This document shows positions 1 to 10,860 of a DNA stretch of 64,000 bases, piece by piece. The position numbers and the translations under genes are program-made. The notes beneath the pieces are model-generated. The model was not told the DNA's origin and did no database searches. It saw nothing but the letters and a program-made list of their open reading frames with translations. The stretch's first letter is position 1; every line of letters starts with the position of its first letter. The stretch spans positions 188,790,001 through 188,854,000 of the forward strand of contig NC_042997.1 of assembly GCF_006345805.1 (NCBI RefSeq), read 5' to 3'. Origin of the DNA: Octopus sinensis. Taxonomy: Eukaryota.

Positions 1-630
1 CTATTCTTATTCTAGCAGCTATGCTCTCAAAGCATCCACCACCAATACCGACTTGGTCACCTAGGTAACAGAAGCCATCAACTATTTGTGGTTTTTTCAC
101 CTGGCATGTGAAGGATACTGTTTTATGCACATTTTCAGTGTTTATTGCCCCTGTGCATTTGCCACACACAAAACCTATCTTCCCAATTGGCCTTCCTTTG
201 ATATTGCTGCACCTCTTATGTGTCCATAGCTTACACTGGGTACATCTTATGGAGTTTCTACCTACGCCTTTTCTACAGATTGAGCAGGGTCATCTACCTG
301 AAGGGATTTGTGATTTGTCAGCCTTCCAACTTATTAAAACCTTGGTTTTTGCTAGATTGGCTCTAAGGTCCTTCAGTTCTAGACCCTGCTTCCACACCTG
401 AAACTTCTTTAGTTCTGATAGTGACTCGACTATCAGAGCAAGGTTATCAGCATAGAGAAGCTTCCAGGGGCATCCTGTCTTGAATTCCTCTGTTATTGCC
501 TGGAGGGCTATGATGAATAAGAGGGGCTGAGGTCTGATCCTTGGTGGACCCCTACCCAGAATTCTTCACTATACTTGTTGCCAACCCTCACCTTACTGAC
601 AGCATCCCTGTACATGGCTTGTACAGCTCT
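1..630 (-). mobile_element. Decayed RTE-type LINE reverse transcriptase fragment with an internal PHD-like zinc finger
   Basis: The minus strand translates, across frameshifts and stops, to VQAMYRDAVSKVRVG..GVHQGSDLSP (RT motif 4), PWKLLYADNL (YADD motif, D>N), KTKVL, then CSIC..CTQC..H..C..CGKC, then FCYLGD. The upstream end stops at a (TA)/(CA) microsatellite. Confidence 0.9.
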
Positions 631-653
631 CAGATATTTATAAGTATAATATA

Positions 654-688
654 TCACATATATACATTTATAAGTTATATATATATAT

Positions 689-772
<84 letters not shown>
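654..772. repeat. Compound (TA)n/(CA)n microsatellite, representative of dozens in the window
   Basis: Directly visible dinucleotide runs; these explain the YI, HT and CV ORFs. Confidence 0.95.
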
Positions 773-778
<6 letters not shown>

Positions 779-1529
779 CAACATCATCTTTTAATGTTCA
801 TTTACTTAATATAATGTATATACATAATTATATATACATGTGTGTTGTAGACACACACACGTATGCATGTAGTGTGTGTGTGTGTGTGTGTGTTTGTTTT
901 TGTTTGTTTGCTGTTAATCAGTATTATTGCTTCCTTTTAAGTTTCAGTAAGTAACTTTGTTTTTTTTTTTTGGCAAATTAATTATAAACATAGACAGCAT
1001 ATAACATTGGTTTTATGTCACTAATTCCATGAAGTAAAAATGTATGTGTTTGTATGCAGGTGTACTTTCATTTACCATGTTAGAAAGGAAAATAATTCCA
1101 ATTTTCCGAAGACCACTTCACTTGAAAAGATGGAGAACATTAACTGCAGTATAGTCTAATATCATATTGATGGTTTCACTTTCATAATGTCCTCTAAGAA
1201 GGAAGTATATTCAACTAATGAATTCCAAGTTAAATCAGTGTCACAGATAATTCTTTTCCATTATAAAGTAATTGCAAAAAAGAGACATTGTCAATTTGGG
1301 AGGATCTACAATTAACTTCATAATTGAAATGAAGGTATCTAAAAGAAGGTAAATCAGGAACATGCCCATTTTGTTAAGAGGAGGGCCTGACAACAAGACA
1401 AGTAACAAATTTTTGTATGTCAAATGTATAACAAATGGTGAGTAGAAGATGTGATTTGCTTACTATGTTGGCATTAAAAAAAATAGTGAAGATGTCTTTA
1501 TTTAAGGTCATTTCTCAAGTATATATCTT

Positions 1530-1735
1530 TATCTTTTTACTTGCTTCAGTCAATGCTTGAAAGTTTTAGTTGAACAAATCCGACCCCAGCACTTATGTTT
1601 TTACAAGCCTGATACTTAATTCTATTAGTTTTTTTCTTTTTTTTTTCTTTTTTTGTTTTTACAGAACTGCTAAATTATGGGGACATAAACAAACATCAGT
1701 TGTCAAGCAGTGTTGTGGGGAAACAAGCACAAACA
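1530..1735 (-). mobile_element. SINE family A (octopus OR2/CORE-like), 3' half, degenerate
   Basis: tttacttgcttcagtca...gaccccagcacttat...gttgtcaagcagtg matches the minus-strand copy at 9527-9915. Confidence 0.75.
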
Positions 1736-1736
1736 A

Positions 1737-1768
<32 letters not shown>

Positions 1769-2227
1769 CACTATAAATACACACACACACACGCGCACAC
1801 ACACACACACACATGGGAGTAGGTGTGCAAGCAAAACAAGCTTAGATTAGATAAAACAGAGTAGTGTTCAAATGGATGGGGGCTTAAAACTTCAGCTTCT
1901 TCATCCAGGGCCTGTACTTTTACATTAAAAGTTGGCTATAAGAACAACCCTTATCAAGCTATTGTAGATGTAGTAAGGTAGATAAACAGAAGTGGGCTTG
2001 AGACACATAGCTATATGGAGCACAAAATATACACATTACAAAATAATAATAATAAAAAAAGGTAACAGAAGAGCAGAAGAATAGTGTAGTTTTATCTAAA
2101 CAGCTGTCTCAAGATGAGCATAACTTACATCATAATCATATTCATATGCAATATATGCGTGAAATCATGGGTGTTTTTTTTTTTGTGCTATATGTCATGC
2201 CTACCTGTGTATGTATGTATATATATA

Positions 2228-2527
2228 AAAAAAGGAGCACTCCATCGGCTACGACAACGAGGGTCCCAGCTGATACGATCAATGAACAGCCTGCTCGTGA
2301 AATTGATGTGCAAGTGACTGAGCAATCCAGACATGTGTATCCCTAACGTAGTTCTCAGGGAGATTCAGCGTGACATAGAGTGTGACAAGGCCAGCCCTTT
2401 GAAATCTGAATGGACTGGAGCAACGTGAAATAAAGTGTCTTGCTCAAGGACACAATGCGTTGCTGGGAATCGAACTCATGACCTTACAATCATGAGCCGA
2501 ATGCCCTAACCACTAAGCCACGCGCAT
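2228..2527 (-). mobile_element. tRNA-derived SINE family C
   Basis: Minus strand: gcgcgtggcttagtggttagg (A box)...gagttcgattccc (B box)...tgtgtccttgagcaagacactttatttcacgttgctccagtcc. Related copies at 8770-9290 and 18780-18990. Confidence 0.85.
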
Positions 2528-2534
2528 TCATATA

Positions 2535-2580
<46 letters not shown>

Positions 2581-2599
2581 GTATATATGAGTGTTATTT

Positions 2600-2665
<66 letters not shown>

Positions 2666-2883
2666 AAATAAGCAACAAGACTCCGGTAATTTGGTACGAT
2701 CGTTTCGTACTACATCATTTTATTAAATGTTGTAAGTATTACAACAGAGTTAAAATGCTGAGTACTCAGAGCCAATTATAGAGGTTTTCCATTAATACAA
2801 AAATTTTCAAATCAAGTGGCAACATTATAGAGAAGGTAGATATATAGACAAAGATGTGGATTTAAATTTTAAGAACATATGAG

Positions 2884-2924
<41 letters not shown>

Positions 2925-2926
<2 letters not shown>

Positions 2927-3085
2927 GGTCTCTTTTAGCTTCCATCTACAAAGTCCACTCACAAAGCATTGTTCAGTCAGAGGCGAGAATAACAGACACT
3001 TACCTAAGGTGCAACACAATTGGACTGAACTGTAACCATGAGGTTGAGAAGCAAAATTCTTATCACACAGCTATGCCTGTGCCTA
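2925..3085 (-). mobile_element. SINE family A, 5' half, degenerate
   Basis: ttccatctacaaagtccactcacaaagcatt...cacacagctatgcctgtgcc aligns with the 5' half of the 9527-9915 copy. Confidence 0.75.
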
Positions 3086-4138
3086 TATACATACATACGT
3101 GTGTGTGTTTGTAGGTGTTATTAACATTTTTATGATGATAAATATATGTGTGGTTGTTACTGCTTTTGAACACTACTAAACGAAAATAATACAACTGTTG
3201 ATGTTATGGGAAAATAGATGAGTATAATATGAACTTGCAAAGCTCTTAGTAAATATGCCTTCAGATTTCAGAAATAAAGGTGTGCGGTGCTGAGTCACCA
3301 ATAAATGAGTTTACAAGACAAGCAGGGATTGTCAGGAAGTCACTGATACAACAGGGAAGAAACAGAGCCAGTAGTGAGAAATCTGAATATCCAAAATACT
3401 GCTTTTAGCCATTTTAAGTGAAATACTTGAAAGATATTAGTGCTTACATGTTTATAGACCACAACATATACACAACTGAAATAGGTGTATGTATCCACAG
3501 AAACACTCACAAAATGACTTTTAGCTTTTTTTCCAATTTTTTCTCGGAAACAGATGTTTTATAGTTGAATAGCTTGCATAACACCGACCACTTTACCATA
3601 AAATGCAAAAGTGTATATTTATTGATTAACAGCACTAAAGAGGTTGTCCACTTTGACTCGGAACTTTCTATAACCATTACTACAAAGGTCAGATTTCATA
3701 ATAACTATTTATAGATGGGTTGACTTTATTCCAGATTAAGCAGGCTCATTTGTTTCCAACACACACACACACACACACACACACAATGTCACAGAAGACA
3801 GGGAAAGCATTTGGTATATTTATGCATGTGCACACTGTTGTGCATACACACAGGCAGAAAGCAACGAGTGAAAATAGGAGGTCAATAGATGTCAACAAAC
3901 AAAAACAATAATGATTTCTACCTGTGGCTCAAGGAAGGGATGTAATCAACCAAATAAATTCTACCGTATTACTGGTACTTAATTCACTGAATTTGGAGTA
4001 AGGCTGAAAGATACTCTAACCTGATACAAGTTTAACTCTAAAGATGAAACTAAATTCTACAAGGTATTTAAGTTCATCAATCCACTTTTTCTGCCAATCT
4101 ACCAGGCCTAATAAAAATATGATAATAATAATAATAAC

Positions 4139-4179
<41 letters not shown>

Positions 4180-4180
<1 letters not shown>

Positions 4181-4325
4181 TAATTCTTTTATTGGCCGCA
4201 AGGGCTGACAAAAATTAATTATAACAAAAAAGGGACAAAACAGGACGAAAGGTTACAAAGGGTTTTGTCCATTTGTAAAAAACCGTGTAAAAACAGTGTA
4301 AAAATCAAAATTGGGTAAAATATAC
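4180..4325 (-). mobile_element. 3' end of a LINE-like retroposon, sharing its tail with the SINE at 42961
   Basis: The minus strand ends gtcctgttttgtccc...cagcccttgcggccaataaaagaatt followed by (ATT)n, resembling the tail at 43140-43193. Confidence 0.55.
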
Positions 4326-4334
4326 GAAGTCCAG

Positions 4335-4829
4335 TATATCCATCATGACTACCCATCTAATAAGGGTACACCAGGCACATGCATCACAACCATATGTGTG
4401 CAACATGGTGATCTCATATCAAGATTAACAGCACATGACTTTGCAGATGGGGCCCAGTTAGAATTTTCTTCAGGTTGAGTAGCCCATCCCACTCAAAAGG
4501 TCACTGAATAAGGATAATTTAAGGATGTTGAACAAAACACCCATGTTCCCAGTGGTGAATTATCCATACCCCAAAGAATTCCTCTCAACACATAGCTATA
4601 ATGCTCCCCCACTACTTCTGCTTGTAATCAGAGATGCACATATCATCAGCCACTAAAGGACATGCTCAAATGGTTACGGTCAAACAACTGACAAGCAAAT
4701 CTGTGGTAGTGAGCAGAGTATTTGCTGTAGCCCATCTTTTATACCAAGACAAAACACTGTACATGATAACACTTCCAATCAGTTAAGATGAGAAGCCATG
4801 AAAGCCACTGCCTAATACTGCATCAGGGC

Positions 4830-4865
<36 letters not shown>
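4335..4865 (+). mobile_element. Interspersed retroposon-like repeat ending in (TTA)n
   Basis: A 500-bp block of higher GC content that ends abruptly in a (TTA)n tail at 4831-4865. It has no intact ORF and the family is unassigned. Confidence 0.45.
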
Positions 4866-4867
<2 letters not shown>

Positions 4868-5657
4868 TATTGGCAAGAAGACCCTATACATTGGGGCTAG
4901 TATAGAAATAGAATACAAAAGAGGAGTTTACATCAAGTGAAAAACAAATAAATGCTGATAATGAAATAACAATAAGGAAAAGATTCTAATAGCCACCTTA
5001 GGCCAATCAGAAACCCCACAGATCTCACAATACCCTAACTACCAAGAGTAAATATCCTGCAATACCAAAATCATATATTTGTGGAAATGAAATTACATAT
5101 GAATAGATTTTTTAAAAACTTAACCAAGTATACAATAAAATAGTCTTGTAAGAGGAATAATTGTGCTTAGTTACAATTAATTTGTATTAATGGTATTATT
5201 GCTACACAAATTCATAAACGTAAAATGGTAATATTGTTATTAAACATATCAGAGATGTTAAGTGCATTTTTATTAACCATATCACAAATGCTAAAAATTA
5301 AATAATCATATAATTTCTTGTCTGTGTGTATGTGAGAGAGAAGATTGCTTAAATAACATACACTTATAAATACTTCTGCATATGTATATTTAATTCTAAT
5401 ATTTATGTCAAATTATTAATGTAATATTGATATGTAACTACAATAATGTCTTTGAAAGTGTCTATCATCTTTTTGCTATCTTAAGATTATCATATGCAAC
5501 TGTTAGATTAAACAAGTCTAAAGTGTCACATTTTCAACACACACACACACACACAATATACGTCATTTACTAAATGATATGGCAGTTAAAAATGTTTTTT
5601 AAATTTGTCCCTTGGTATACTGATAACTCCAAATGTAATGGAAACCTTGCTCTAAAG

Positions 5658-5910
5658 CAGTGGTTCACAACTAGGACCAACTGACCCTGATGGGTCTATA
5701 TAAGATTTTGTTGTTTAAATTTATGTACAATAAATTGGTTATACTTCAACAATACACAAAATATTTTAATTTTTTAATACAATTCCTAATAATATTTAAT
5801 TATAAAAACAGGATTTTTTAAAACATTGAATGACTATGAGGGGCCACAGGAGTAAAATAGGAATCCAAAGGGTTCATAGATAAAAAAAAAAAATGGTTGA
5901 GAATGGACTG
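5658..5910. mobile_element. hAT (Charlie-type) MITE
   Basis: Termini CAGTGGTTCACAAC ... GTTGAGAATGGACTG, flanked by an 8-bp TSD ctctaaag (5650-5657) / ctctaaaa (5911-5918). Confidence 0.85.
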
Positions 5911-7552
5911 CTCTAAAACAATTGTTCTTAAAAACTAAAATTTTAAAAGATCCAACATAAATGGAATCATTTATATAAGATAACAAAGTATGAAAACCAA
6001 AATTTGTTTAAGTGAAGAACAATTCTTCTGAATTTCCTTGTTTATTTTTATGGCCTTTCTTTCTAAATACATTTACTAATCAGAAAGAATAGCAAAGGTT
6101 AAAAATTTTCAGCCAGTCCTTGGTGTACTTTCAGTACATATATGTAATGCTTTGATGACTTGCAAAATCTTGTTAGCATTCCTTTGTTGGTAGGATGTTA
6201 CAACAAATATATAAATAAAGAAAGGAAAGGTAGTACAATCCCAGTCAAACTTGTTCTGTCATATTTTAAGTTGTAAAAAAAAATATGCTAGTTGAATCTT
6301 AGTTTAACTTATCACAGTTAAAGTAGTATGATAGATATAAGAAAGGTAATAAAATAGTAGAAAAAATTATCTCAGTTCAATACTGAAACAAATGTGCTAA
6401 TTTTGTTCTCCACAATTAAATATATATATATATATTATATATATATATATATTATATATATATATATATACACATACAAACTTTTTCTTTAACCAGAAAC
6501 AAAATACACTGAGTATAAAATATTGATAATATAAGCACAAGGCCAGAAATTTTGAGGGAAGGTTAGAGTTAATATATACTCCAGTATTTGACAAGTATTT
6601 TGAATTTAAATATTAATCATTTATTTACATGAAATATGAACGCAATGTAAACAACTCCAAAATAGCAAACAAAATGAAGTTAAAAATAATTCAAATTATA
6701 TTTTCTTTAAATATTATTAAATATTATAATAAAATGTAAATAACCAATAACTTTATCTTAGGAAACAATAATAGAAATAATGAAAAAAAAATTTTGTAAA
6801 CTTAAATTTATCTAAATTTGTTTTCACATTTTGTTTCAATTAAATATTGTTAAAAACCTACTCCATGATTTTTTGTGAAAATTTTATTTTTAAATGCTCA
6901 TCTTTAATTTTTGAATTTAAACATAAAAAAACTAGATGTTAAAAATGGTTTTTATGGTGGCAAATCTGCAGTTGTTAGAGTATCAAACAAAATGTCTAGC
7001 AGAATTTATTCTGATTTTTTAAGTTCTGAGTTCAAATCATACCAAGATCAGCTTTCGGTTTTTCCTTCCAGGGTTGATAAAATGAAATTATAAGTCTATA
7101 ACGGTAGAATAGTGGAATCATTAAAGCATCAGGTGAGACACCTGGCAATATTTTTTTTGGCTCCTGGCATTCTAAGTTCAAATCCAGTCATGACCCACTT
7201 GGGTGGCAGATTCAGTCTATCACCTCACTTAACATCACTACCTGGCAAGCATTCTGGTCAGATTTCCAGTTTGAGGATTCTTTCTTCTCTCCCTCCTGTT
7301 AGTCTCAGAGGCTCTTTAAAGAACTGTGGACACTACCCTTCTTCCTGACTAATCAATTGAAAAAACACAGGCTATATATATGTTTTATTCTTTTCCTTAA
7401 ACTGTATTTATAGATAAACTAATTATAAAAAGAATAACTAGTTAGATTACAACTTTTGACAGTTTCTTTAATCTGGCAAATGTAGATAATTCCATATAAT
7501 TCTTCATCATGAAAGTTGAGAGACCATTACCATCAAAGAAGGGCGGGGTCTG

Positions 7553-7730
7553 AAGAGCGGGTGCTGAAAAGTTCTGGGCTTAGAGTAAAAGAAAATACAG
7601 GAGGATCAGATAATTATGATTTTATTCACACACTTATTGCAGCAGTTCTTCAGTTTTTCTCAGCCCTGTAAAAGAACTTGGAAGTTCGACCTCCAACCAG
7701 GCCTTAAGAACTTTTCATCACTCCCTCGTG
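7553..7730. mobile_element. Mariner-type MITE or deletion derivative
   Basis: Left gagcgggtgctgaaaagttct and right agaacttttcatcactccctcgtg form imperfect mariner-like TIRs (CGAGGG...TGAAAAGTT). Confidence 0.6.
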
Positions 7731-8004
7731 TGTATAAATATATATATATGCTTTTGCATTTGTATTTATGTTTGCACCAGTTAAAAAAAATGGTGCTGTG
7801 TTTACATTCTCTTCCTCTATGTCTCATAACTTAGTAATTCAATAACTAGTAGTTGATGAAATAAACACCAACCTGAAATAAGTACTGAAATTGATATGAT
7901 CAATAAAATCCATGAAAGTAGTAGCCCAACATGGCCACAGTCCAGTGACTGAAACCAGTAAAAAAATTCAAGTGTGCGTGCGTGCATGTGTGTGTGTGTG
8001 TGTG

Positions 8005-8200
8005 TATCAGTCGCCATGATAGATTGTTAGCCACTACACACATTTTTTTCTCTCCTTGTTTTTTCTGTGTCCCTTTCCGTAGAAGAGCGTAGGCTCGAAA
8101 CGTAAAAGACTTTTAGTATTCCTGACTGTTACACTAATACATCTATCTGTTTGTTTTGTACACCACCTGTCTTCGTCTTTTGTTTTTTTTCGTAAACTCT

Positions 8201-8205
<5 letters not shown>
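8005..8205 (+). mobile_element. Short repeat carrying a degenerate minimal hammerhead-like motif (Penelope-like pseudo-LTR relic)
   Basis: cttt-CCGTAGA-A-gagc(gtag)gctc-GAAAC-GTA-aaag at 8073-8108, flanked by microsatellites. Confidence 0.5.
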
Positions 8206-8246
<41 letters not shown>

Positions 8247-8769
8247 TAACCAAAGCTATATCCATATACATTATTGATATGGTGAAAAGAGACTAAATTT
8301 ATTTAAACCTACTAAACTCTAATTGCTATTGTTAGGCAGGAATCAAAAAGAAAAAGATATAACTTTAATTTACATTTAGATAAATACTATGCAAACTAAT
8401 GCAATAATAGGATTGGAAATCAGACTGTATCTTGCTTTCTTTATATATTTCTAGAACAAAAGATAAAAATTTGAAAGCATAACATAATGAGGCAATATAG
8501 AAAGTAAGAATATGCAGCATCTGTCATTAGTATATTACTAATTTCATGGCACATATTATTTATATTCAACTAGAACAGCTAATTGTTAATGAGCAGCACT
8601 CAATGCTGCCATCCACCTGATAGAATTTAATCCAATAATTATCAAGTTGTACCAAACGCAATGAACATTATTCTCAAATATAGAATTTTATAAGATATAT
8701 AGCCACTCTAAGCATACCAAGATTAACTTTACCCAATGTAAAGGTAAAATGAGTGTACACATTCACTGT

Positions 8770-9290
8770 GAAGACACATGGCCTAGTGGTTAGGCTGTTG
8801 CACTCTGTTCAGAACTGCAAATATTTCACTAACATTTGCATATTATTCTTGTGTAGTTGGACATTGTTGCAAAATTAACCATTTCTAGCATTTTTTGCAT
8901 TTTCTGAAAATGACATTTCTGACTATGAGTAGCAATATTACGATATCTCCAAGAATAATTGATGTAATAGGCTGAAATTTTGCATGTGTATTACTTTGAT
9001 ACTTGCCTAGATGATGTACTAGTGTGATTAGATACAATTCATTAGTTCAACTTCAGAGACACTTGAATGCTACTACCCTCAATCCCTAGATCAGATGGTG
9101 CATTGTGCTCTTGAGCAAAACACTTCATTTCACATTGTTCTGGTCTACTCAGCTGTTAATGAGTAACCCTGTAACATACTGATGTCCCATTCAGAGGGCA
9201 TGTTGTGATCTCAGTGAATTATACATCAAAGAAACCAGATAACCAGCTAACCCTATATGAGTCCTAAGACACAAGACATACTTATTTACA
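8770..9290 (+). mobile_element. SINE family C, interrupted by an unrelated insertion of about 270 bp
   Basis: The head gacacatggcctagtggttagg at about 8773 resumes as cattgtgctcttgagcaaaacacttcatttcac at about 9100. The intervening block carries a ctgaaattttgcatgtg Helitron/DINE-like motif. Confidence 0.6.
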
Positions 9291-9526
9291 CACATTCAAA
9301 ATAGCATTGTTATTAATGTATTTCTTAACTTTCTTGTATATAATTCTTGTTTTAAGGCAAGACTAGTCTTGCATTCTACATTCTAGAACGCATTAAATAA
9401 CATATATTCTAAAAAAAAATGAGTTATTGAATCATGGGATATTTATAATGTCCTGAATTATATCTCTGATTCTGTGTATGTTTGTGTGTGCCTCTGGGGG
9501 TGTGTGTGCATGTGTGAGTGTATATA

Positions 9527-9915
9527 CTCTTTTACTTGTTTCAGTCATTTGACTGCGGCCATGCTGGAGCACCGCCTTTAATCAAGCAACTCGACCCCGG
9601 GACTTATTCTTTGTAAGTCCAGTACTTATTCTATCAGTCTCTTTTGCCGAACTGCTAAGTGATGAGGACATGAACACACCAGCATCGGTTGTCAAGCAAT
9701 GCAAGGGGGACAAACACAAACATACATGCACACATATATATACATATATACAACGGGCTTCTTTCAGTTTCCATCTACCAAATCCACTCACAAGGCTTTG
9801 GTCGGCCCGAAGCTATAGTAGAAGACACTTGCCCAAGGTGCCACGCAGTGGGACTGAACCAGGAACCATGTGGTTGGTAAACAAGCTACTTACCACACAG
9901 CCACTCCTACGCCTA
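9527..9915 (-). mobile_element. SINE family A (OR2/CORE-like), near full length
   Basis: Minus strand: ggcgtaggagtggctgtgtggtaag (A box)...ggttcagtccc (B box)...ccttgggcaagtgtcttc (CORE-like), an internal microsatellite, and tail tgactgaaacaagtaaaagag. Highly similar to 20371-20745. Confidence 0.92.
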
Positions 9916-9950
9916 TATTAAATAAATTCCTTCAACTATTGCAACAATTT

Positions 9951-10170
9951 AAGGCAGTGAGCTGGCAGAATCATTAGTACACCCAGTAGAATGCTTAGCA
10001 GCATTTCATTTATCATTAAGGTCTGAGTTCAAATTCCCCTGAGGTCAACTTCAACCTTTCATCCTTTCAGGGTCAATAAAATAAGTATCAGTCAAACACT
10101 GGACTGATATAATCAACTAGACCCCCACCCCCAAAATTGCTGACCTTGTGCCAAAATTTGAAACCAATAT
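9951..10170 (+). mobile_element. SINE family B (MetaSINE/MESC-like, OR1-like)
   Basis: ggcagtgagctggcagaatc head, gagttcaaattcc B box, and Meta/MESC-like core cctttcatcctttcagggtcaataaaataagta. Confidence 0.85.
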
Positions 10171-10194
10171 TACAGCGAAAATCACGATAATAAA

Positions 10195-10860
10195 AACCTC
10201 ATTTTTACTCTAACAAATACAACTCCACTACTATGGTCTATGGACCAGGAAGTTACATTTTCAAGGGATATTATCTAGATATAAACAATTTATCAAAGAA
10301 TTCGGGCAAAATTGCTTTATGCAAACAATAAAAAATATAATGAAACTAAAATTTTTAAAAGGCTGTGAAAAAGTTAAACATACATGTTAGGAAAAAATTG
10401 TGTTCAATTATAGTTATGGTGGAATGGAGGATGATGGAACGGTGGAATGATGGAATGGTGGAATGGAGGATAGCAGATGATACAATCTCAGTTAGTAACA
10501 GCCTTGTACAAATGGCATAAAAACTGGAATTTGAATAAGTTAATGTAGTGATATTCAAAATTTATCGCATATAAATAATAGGACCTTCACCTCTGAAGAC
10601 TTTAAAGAGTTAATAGAACCCTAAGTGTATAATTCAAATAGTAAAGAAGAGACTCCTCCAGGAGCAGTTTTAACAATAGAAATCTTTATAAAAGCCTCAG
10701 TGAAATAAGTCAGGCTTTTGAGAGACTTTCAAAACATTATTCAAATTCTGAATGACAATTTTGAATGCAAGCTGTTTGAATGTCTTGCATATCAAATGGA
10801 GAATTAATACATCATTCAAAAAATAATACATAACTAACAAGCTAAGAAATTCACTTGAAA
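10195..10860 (+). pseudogene. Decayed Tigger/pogo DDE_1 transposase, C-terminal part
   Basis: Broken-frame translation gives TNTTPLLWSMDQEV-F/FKGYYL (cf. PNTTSLLQPMDQGVI..FKAYYL), LKGC*KKL, SLVQMA*KLEFE*V and LTSEDFKELIE, in the order expected for Tigger. Confidence 0.75.

Noticed and set aside
2440-2527. tRNA gene candidates here and at other SINE heads
   Set aside because: A and B boxes continue directly into SINE body sequence, with no complete cloverleaf.
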